64,000 nt of DNA. Origin: Geopsychrobacteraceae bacterium (GTDB lineage Bacteria > Desulfobacterota > Desulfuromonadia > Desulfuromonadales > Geopsychrobacteraceae). The stretch spans positions 1,952,001-2,016,000 of the forward strand of contig OY759353.1 in assembly GCA_963662315.1 (NCBI GenBank), in the 5' to 3' direction. The first letter of the stretch is position 1; every line of letters starts with the position of its first letter. The translations under genes and the position numbers were made by a program. A model generated the notes under the pieces. It worked only from the letters and a program-made list of their open reading frames with translations. It had not been told where the DNA came from and did not search any database. Positions 58,418 through 64,000 of the stretch are shown one piece after another.

Positions 58418-59901
58418 GGCAGTCCTCCGGTTTTCAGCAGCAGGCTGACCGGCCCCTGCAATTGACCAAGCAGAGGTTGAGGATAACAACCTAAGACAAC
58501 AACCAGAATGGCAAAGGGGATGAGCAGCAGCCACTCTCTGGCAACAAGATCCTGGCGATGAAACGGCTCACATGAAGGCCCCCAGATGGTCCCCTGTACC
58601 ATCCGCAAAATGTAGACGGCACTGAACAGAACCCCGCCCACGGCAATCGTTGCCCAGACTGGCTGCACTTTAAAAGTGCCAATCAGAACCAGAATCTCAC
58701 CAGAGAAGTTGGCCAGACCCGGTAACCCCAGAGACGCCAGGCTGAATAGCAGAAAAAATGCCGACAGATTGGGAACACTCTTCCATAAACCGCCAAGACT
58801 GTTGATATCACGGGTACCGGTACGTTTCTGCACCAAAGCAATGGCAATAAACATACCACCGGTCGCGATACCGTGGTTGATCATCAATAACAAACTACCC
58901 TCCCAGGCGATCTGCGACCAGGTCGCCAGCCCTAGCAGGACAAATCCCAGGTGGGATATCGAAGAGTAGGCAATAATGCGCTTGATATCCGTTTGCAAGT
59001 AAGCAATCCAGGCCGCGTAAAAAGTTCCTACCAGGGCCAGAACGGCCAAAACAGGAAGTGATTGTTGCGCAGCGTTGGGAAACAGTGGAAACGCAAACCT
59101 TACCAAAGCATAGACCCCCGTTTTCAGCAACAACGCCGCAAGATCAACAGCGCCTGAGACAGGCCCTTCACCATGAGCATCAGGCAACCAGCTATGCAAC
59201 GGAAACATGGGGATCTTGACGGCGAAAGCAGCAAGGAAACAGAGATAAAAAAGCAACTCATAGCCATAATCGAGCTGTGTCTGTTTTAAGGCTTCCAGAG
59301 CGAAGGTGTACTCCCCGGTTTGGGCGCCATGGATCAGGTAAAGACCGATCATGGCCAGCAACATGCACAGACTGCCCCCCAGCGTAAACAGGAAAAACTT
59401 GACAGCGGCCTGCACTCTGCCGGTATAGCCCCAGACCCCGATCAGGAAAAACGATGGAATGAGCATCAGCTCCCAGCTTAAGTAGAAAAGAATCAGGTCA
59501 AGGGCTAGAAATACACCGATGATACCAGATTCAAGCACCAGCAACAGAGCAAAGAAAAAAGCGGGATATTTATCCTGATCCCAAGCAACGATAATCGCCG
59601 CAATCTGCAAAAAGGCGGTCAACACCACCAGCAAAAAGGATAACCCGTCAAGCCCCAGAGTAAACCGAATTCCCAGGGTCTCTATCCAGGCATAATCGAC
59701 ATACTGCATCCAGCCGGCCCCATTTGATTGCCCGGAATAGCAGAAAAAACTGAGAACCAGCGTCACCACTGCAGCCATCAGGGCAACCAGGCGGCTTGCA
59801 GATGGCATACGATAGGTCAGCAGGCAACCAGTGGCCCCGAGAATCGGCACAAGCAGTAGAAAGCTTAACAAAGTAGATGATGTCACAATATCAACGGTCA
59901 T
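58414..59901 (-). CDS. nuoM: NADH-quinone oxidoreductase subunit M
   Basis: WELMLIP, VKIPMFPLHSWLPDAH, LLKTG and GLPGLANF.GE. Confidence 0.93.
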   Translation of the reverse strand: MTVDIVTSSTLLSFLLLVPILGATGCLLTYRMPSASRLVALMAAVVTLVLSFFCYSGQSNGAGWMQYVDYAWIETLGIRFTLGLDGLSFLLVVLTAFLQIAAIIVAWDQDKYPAFFFALLLVLESGIIGVFLALDLILFYLSWELMLIPSFFLIGVWGYTGRVQAAVKFFLFTLGGSLCMLLAMIGLYLIHGAQTGEYTFALEALKQTQLDYGYELLFYLCFLAAFAVKIPMFPLHSWLPDAHGEGPVSGAVDLAALLLKTGVYALVRFAFPLFPNAAQQSLPVLAVLALVGTFYAAWIAYLQTDIKRIIAYSSISHLGFVLLGLATWSQIAWEGSLLLMINHGIATGGMFIAIALVQKRTGTRDINSLGGLWKSVPNLSAFFLLFSLASLGLPGLANFSGEILVLIGTFKVQPVWATIAVGGVLFSAVYILRMVQGTIWGPSCEPFHRQDLVAREWLLLIPFAILVVVLGCYPQPLLGQLQGPVSLLLKTGGLP

Positions 59902-59917
59902 AATAGTAACTATGCCT

Positions 59918-61768
59918 TTACGCTACGGCCCGAAGCAGGAACCAGCCGACAATAATCAAAAAGCCCCAGACAAATCCCTGCAGGTAATTTGACACCCGGC
60001 CATTGGACAAGATTCTCAGGGATTCTCCCCAACAGATAAAGGTTCTGGCACATCCATGCAGCAACCCGTTGACCAGTCCGGTTTCCACTCCATGCCAGCA
60101 AAAGCGGCACAGTTGATTGAATGGACGTAACAGCACCAGATCAAACAAGGCATCAAAACGCCAACCGGCGAGTAAAAAGCGGTTCAACGTACTTGACTTA
60201 GGGTCTTTAAAACGGAAATAACGCAGGTGAGCAAGCACCAGACCAATCAGGAACACGCCGACAGCCACGGCAATCAGGCGGTATTCGACAGCGACCGGAA
60301 CTTCGCCCACATCGTGAGCTTTATCAAGCCATTCTGACAACCACGAATGACCGCCGAACAGATGCGGCAGGTTGAGCAGCCCTCCCGCCAGGCCAAGAAT
60401 CGCCAATGGCACCAGGGGCCATTTCATCAACTCCGGCAGTTCATGGGGGAGTTCATCACCCCGATACTCACCGGCAAAGACGAGGTAGCCAAGTTTAAAG
60501 CTGTAGAAGGAGGTCATCCCGGCGGTCACAATTCCCAGGGCATAGACAGCATAATAGAAGGGCGTCCCTTTGGCATATGCCGCAGCCAGAATCAGATCCT
60601 TGGAGAAAAAGCCCCCGGTCAGCGGCATACCGGCCAGGCAGACCAGACCGGCCATGAACAACCAGAACACGGTCTGAGAACGTTTCCGCATCCCCCCCAT
60701 CAGGTAGATGTCATTCTCATGCCCGGCCAGATTAATAACGCAGCCGGCGGCCATAAACAGCAGTGCTTTAAAAAAGGCGTGGGTGAGCAGGTGAAACATG
60801 GCGGCAGAAACACTGCCGACCCCAACCGCGAGGAACATGTAACCAACCTGACTCATGGTAGAATAGGCAAGGACACGTTTAATTTCACGTTGCCCAAGAG
60901 CGCAGGTTGCCGCATACAGCGCGGTAAGAACCCCGACCAGCGCAATTGTCGCCAGCGCTGTCGGAGAGAGGGAAACCAGTGGAAACAAGCGACACAGCAA
61001 ATAAACACCGGCGGTGACCATGGTCGCAGCGTGGATGAGTGCCGATACCGGGGTCGGGCCCGCCATGGCATCGGGCAACCAGGTCATCAGTGGTAGCTGA
61101 GCGCTTTTACCACAGGCGCCCCCTAACAGCAGCAGGGAAATAGCCGTCACGGTGAAACCATCTAGCTCGCTGACACGGCCATTGATGGCTTCAATGCCAA
61201 TGGTTCCAAACACTTTAAACAGCCACAAAACAGCCACAGTGAAAAACAGATCGCCGATCCGTGTAACGATAAAAGCTTTGCGCCCAGCGGAAGCATTTTC
61301 TGTTTTTCTGTACCAGAAGCCGATCAAGCCATAAGAACAGAAGCCCACTCCTTCCCAACCGAGGAACATCAACAACAGATTATCGGCCAGAATAATAGCA
61401 AGCATGGCAAAGACAAACAGGTTAAGGAAGGCAAAAAAACGTGTCTGATCGGGATCCTCTTCCATGTAGCCAGCGGCATACAGATGAATCAGACTGGCAA
61501 CTCCGGTAACCATCAGGGTCATAATGGCCGCCAGAGGATCAAACAGCAGGCCAATGTCTGCTTGGAAAGAACCACTCTTCAACCAGGTAAACAGGACGAC
61601 ACGTAGACCTTCAGCTGCGTTCGGAAAGCATCCCAGGCAGGCCAGGAAACTGGCAATTACACTGCCGCAGGCAATGATAACCGGGACCGGTTTCGGCAGC
61701 CGGTTACCAAAGCAAACATTGATCAGACCACCGCACAGGGGGAGTAATAACGTCAGAATCAATAACAC
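59918..61768 (-). CDS. nuoL: NADH-quinone oxidoreductase subunit L
   Basis: GWEGVG, GKSAQLPL..WLPDAMAGPTPVSALIHAATMV and HAFFKALLF. Confidence 0.95.
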   Translation of the reverse strand: MLLILTLLLPLCGGLINVCFGNRLPKPVPVIIACGSVIASFLACLGCFPNAAEGLRVVLFTWLKSGSFQADIGLLFDPLAAIMTLMVTGVASLIHLYAAGYMEEDPDQTRFFAFLNLFVFAMLAIILADNLLLMFLGWEGVGFCSYGLIGFWYRKTENASAGRKAFIVTRIGDLFFTVAVLWLFKVFGTIGIEAINGRVSELDGFTVTAISLLLLGGACGKSAQLPLMTWLPDAMAGPTPVSALIHAATMVTAGVYLLCRLFPLVSLSPTALATIALVGVLTALYAATCALGQREIKRVLAYSTMSQVGYMFLAVGVGSVSAAMFHLLTHAFFKALLFMAAGCVINLAGHENDIYLMGGMRKRSQTVFWLFMAGLVCLAGMPLTGGFFSKDLILAAAYAKGTPFYYAVYALGIVTAGMTSFYSFKLGYLVFAGEYRGDELPHELPELMKWPLVPLAILGLAGGLLNLPHLFGGHSWLSEWLDKAHDVGEVPVAVEYRLIAVAVGVFLIGLVLAHLRYFRFKDPKSSTLNRFLLAGWRFDALFDLVLLRPFNQLCRFCWHGVETGLVNGLLHGCARTFICWGESLRILSNGRVSNYLQGFVWGFLIIVGWFLLRAVA

Positions 61769-61772
61769 TGTC

Positions 61773-62078
61773 TCAGCCCCTCATCTCGTTGAAATCACGA
61801 ATATCAATACTGTTTTTACGTCGTTGCAGGTAAATGACCATGGCTAAGGCAATCCCAATCTCAGCCGAAGCCATTGCCATGAGGAAAAAGACCATGATCT
61901 GGCCGTCAATCTGCTGCCAGAAAGCGGAAGCACCAACCAATACCAGGCCTACGGCATTGAGCATAATCTCGGCCCCGATAAACATCATGATCAGACTGCG
62001 GCGAACGACGACGCAGGACAGCCCCAGAACAAAGACGATAGTGGCAATAATCAGCAGGTGTTCAATAGGCACAATCAT
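61773..62078 (-). CDS. nuoK: NADH-quinone oxidoreductase subunit K
   Basis: EIMLNA, GQ and ASAEIG; position in the operon. Confidence 0.9.
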   Translation of the reverse strand: MIVPIEHLLIIATIVFVLGLSCVVVRRSLIMMFIGAEIMLNAVGLVLVGASAFWQQIDGQIMVFFLMAMASAEIGIALAMVIYLQRRKNSIDIRDFNEMRG

Positions 62079-62599
62079 TTCCGGACCTCCAACTCGTTGG
62101 CCTGGGTCGGACGGGCGATGTAGAATGCCCCAACCACTGCAAACAGCAACTGAAAAGAGGCAATTTCAACTGCGAGGGCATATTCCTTAAATAGGGTATA
62201 GCCAAAATCACGCGGAGTCGCATGCCAGCGGGGAAGCTCCTGGGCCGCGGTTGTGTCAATTCCGGTCAGCAGCAAAGTGCAGGCCGCCAGTGCTGCAGCC
62301 ACCAGAAACATGGGAATCCACTGGTGCCGCAAGGGGGCCATGGGGGAAACCCCGTGCGCTGGAGAAACCTCCAGGATCATGATGACAAACAGAAACAGCA
62401 CCATGATGGCACCGGCGTAGACGATCACCTCCCAGGCGGCAACCAGCGGCGCGCCAAGAAGGTAGAACATCAGGGCCAGGGCAAAGAAACTGTTGACCAC
62501 GTAAAGGACGGCATGGACCGGGTTTCTTTGCATAATGGCCAGTAAAGTCGTGATGATCATCAGCGCGCCAAGAAGATAAAACAAAGTCGTCGCAATCAT
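62075..62599 (-). CDS. nuoJ: NADH-quinone oxidoreductase subunit J
   Basis: NPVHAVL and [15 protein letters not shown]. Confidence 0.92.
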   Translation of the reverse strand: MIATTLFYLLGALMIITTLLAIMQRNPVHAVLYVVNSFFALALMFYLLGAPLVAAWEVIVYAGAIMVLFLFVIMILEVSPAHGVSPMAPLRHQWIPMFLVAAALAACTLLLTGIDTTAAQELPRWHATPRDFGYTLFKEYALAVEIASFQLLFAVVGAFYIARPTQANELEVRK

Positions 62600-63126
62600 G
62601 GCAACAGATCCTTCACGTCAACAGGCTTTGACTCACCCGGGTTCTCGCCACGCTTGGCAGCGACCCCGATACCGCTATGCCGGTAGAAATTATATTCCGC
62701 ATTGTGCCCGCAATGATCAACCAGCAGATCCTCTTTCTCATAAACCAGCTTCAGGGGATCGCGGCCGGCCAGTTCAAAATCACCCGTTACCTGTATTGCC
62801 AGGGTCGGACAAGCCTCGGTACACAACCCACAGAAGATGCAGCGGGTAAAGTTGATCCGGAACCACTCGGCATAGCGCCTGCCGTCTTCGCCCTCGGCCG
62901 CCTGCATGGAAATGCAGTCGACGGGGCAGGCAGCACTGCACAGATGACAGGCAACGCAGCGTTCGTTGCCATCAGGATCACGGGTTAGCATCAGCCGTGC
63001 CCGGTAACGGGCAGACAATTGTGGTTTTTCTTCAGGATACGACTGCGTGACCGGTTTACGGAACATGTTCCGCAAAGTGACCCAGTAAGGTTGCAGTGTA
63101 CCGCGGATATCGCGCCAGATATGCAT
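62596..63126 (-). CDS. nuoI: NADH-quinone oxidoreductase subunit I
   Basis: [12 protein letters not shown] and [12 protein letters not shown], a 2x[4Fe-4S] ferredoxin pattern. Confidence 0.95.
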   Translation of the reverse strand: MHIWRDIRGTLQPYWVTLRNMFRKPVTQSYPEEKPQLSARYRARLMLTRDPDGNERCVACHLCSAACPVDCISMQAAEGEDGRRYAEWFRINFTRCIFCGLCTEACPTLAIQVTGDFELAGRDPLKLVYEKEDLLVDHCGHNAEYNFYRHSGIGVAAKRGENPGESKPVDVKDLLP

Positions 63127-63129
63127 TGC

Positions 63130-64000
63130 TTAGCCTATTCCCAACAGAATTGCACCGGTTACCAGAACGTTGAGCAGTGAAATCGGTAACAGAACCTTCC
63201 AGCCGAAATGCATCAGCTGGTCATAACGCAGACGCGGAACACTGGCCCGCGTCCAGATAAAGAAGAAGCTGACCATCAGGATCTTGATAATGAACCAGAC
63301 AACACCCGGCAGCCACGGACCATGCCAGCCACCGAGAAAAAAGACCGTAACCAGAGCCCCCAGAATGATCATGTTGATATATTCACCAACAAAGAACAGG
63401 CCGAAGCGCATGCCTGAATACTCGGTATGAAAGCCGGCAACAAGTTCGTTCTCAGCTTCAGGAAGGTCAAACGGGGTCCGCTTACTTTCGGCAAACACGC
63501 AGATCAGAAAAACCAGAAAAGCAACGGGATTAACCAGAATAAAGGGGAGCTTCTCCTGGGCCATAACGATATCGGTCAAGGAAAAAGAGCGCGCGATCAT
63601 AATCACCGGGACAATAGAAAGCCCCATGGCCAATTCATAACTGATCATCTGCGACAGGGCACGGATACTCCCTAACAGGGCATACTTGCTGTTGGAAGCC
63701 CAGCCACCGAGGGTCACCCCGTAAACAGCAATCGATGACATCCCCAGGACATAGAGAACGCCGACATTAAGATCCATGACCACCATGGGCAGTTGCTTGC
63801 CAAAAATTTCAACCGGTCCACTGAAGGGGACCACGGCAAAAGCCAGCAACGCAGTTACAGCAGAGATCCCCGGAGCGATCATGAACAGGAAACGATCCGC
63901 TCCGGCCGGCACGAAATCCTCCTTGGTGATCAGCTTGATAACATCTGCAAGGGGTTGTAGCATGCCAAACAATCCGGCACGATTTGGCCCGTAACGCAAC
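63130..64000 (-). CDS. nuoH: NADH-quinone oxidoreductase subunit H (5'-truncated by the window edge)
   Basis: RYGPNR.G, QPLADVIKL, QMISYE and RTPFDLPEAENELVAGFHTEYSG. Confidence 0.95.
   Translation of the reverse strand, partial: LRYGPNRAGLFGMLQPLADVIKLITKEDFVPAGADRFLFMIAPGISAVTALLAFAVVPFSGPVEIFGKQLPMVVMDLNVGVLYVLGMSSIAVYGVTLGGWASNSKYALLGSIRALSQMISYELAMGLSIVPVIMIARSFSLTDIVMAQEKLPFILVNPVAFLVFLICVFAESKRTPFDLPEAENELVAGFHTEYSGMRFGLFFVGEYINMIILGALVTVFFLGGWHGPWLPGVVWFIIKILMVSFFFIWTRASVPRLRYDQLMHFGWKVLLPISLLNVLVTGAILLGIG

Noticed and set aside
60347..61096. 249-aa antisense ORF
   Set aside because: Shadow of nuoL.
1..64000. tRNA, rRNA, transposase, integrase, prophage or defence genes
   Set aside because: None recognised by eye or in the ORF track; tRNAscan, Rfam and HMM searches would be needed to exclude them fully.

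Overview
A 64 kb chromosomal window of roughly 50% GC. Gene content and order (ccsA-hemA-hemC-hemD-hemB; prmA-rsmE-zinc-ribbon/RDD; dapF-HAD-nfo-dtd; nuoH-N) point to a Desulfuromonadales-type deltaproteobacterium (inference). Most of it is housekeeping or metabolic: hydantoinase/oxoprolinase A+B, RNase R, two thioredoxins, ABC and RND efflux, heme biosynthesis, dinB and complex I. I found no tRNA, rRNA, CRISPR array, transposase or phage gene. The most interesting signals are: (1) three candidate small RNAs, each a sigma70-type promoter followed by a short non-coding stretch and an intrinsic terminator whose loop is a C/U-rich anti-Shine-Dalgarno-like sequence. One promoter overlaps a PdhR/LldR-type TGGT-N3-ACCA operator; that motif also occurs upstream of the window's FadR-family regulator and of a DRTGG gene. 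(2) A thiolase-fold protein lacking both catalytic cysteines, fused to a probable DUF35-like OB fold, with a MaoC hydratase nearby (Ltp2/ChsH-like). (3) An HDOD-GAF histidine kinase with His->Gln in its H-box, next to a REC-PAS-GGDEF-EAL protein. (4) A sensor-less histidine kinase in an operon led by a 16-codon uORF with a perfect SD. (5) A divergent pair of a wing-domain amino-acid decarboxylase and an N-terminally extended radical SAM enzyme. (6) A perfect (GAAGCA)x43 repeat encoding poly-EA. (7) Three diverged copies of a ~140 bp palindromic MITE/REP-like element. All calls come from reading the sequence; no database searches were run.
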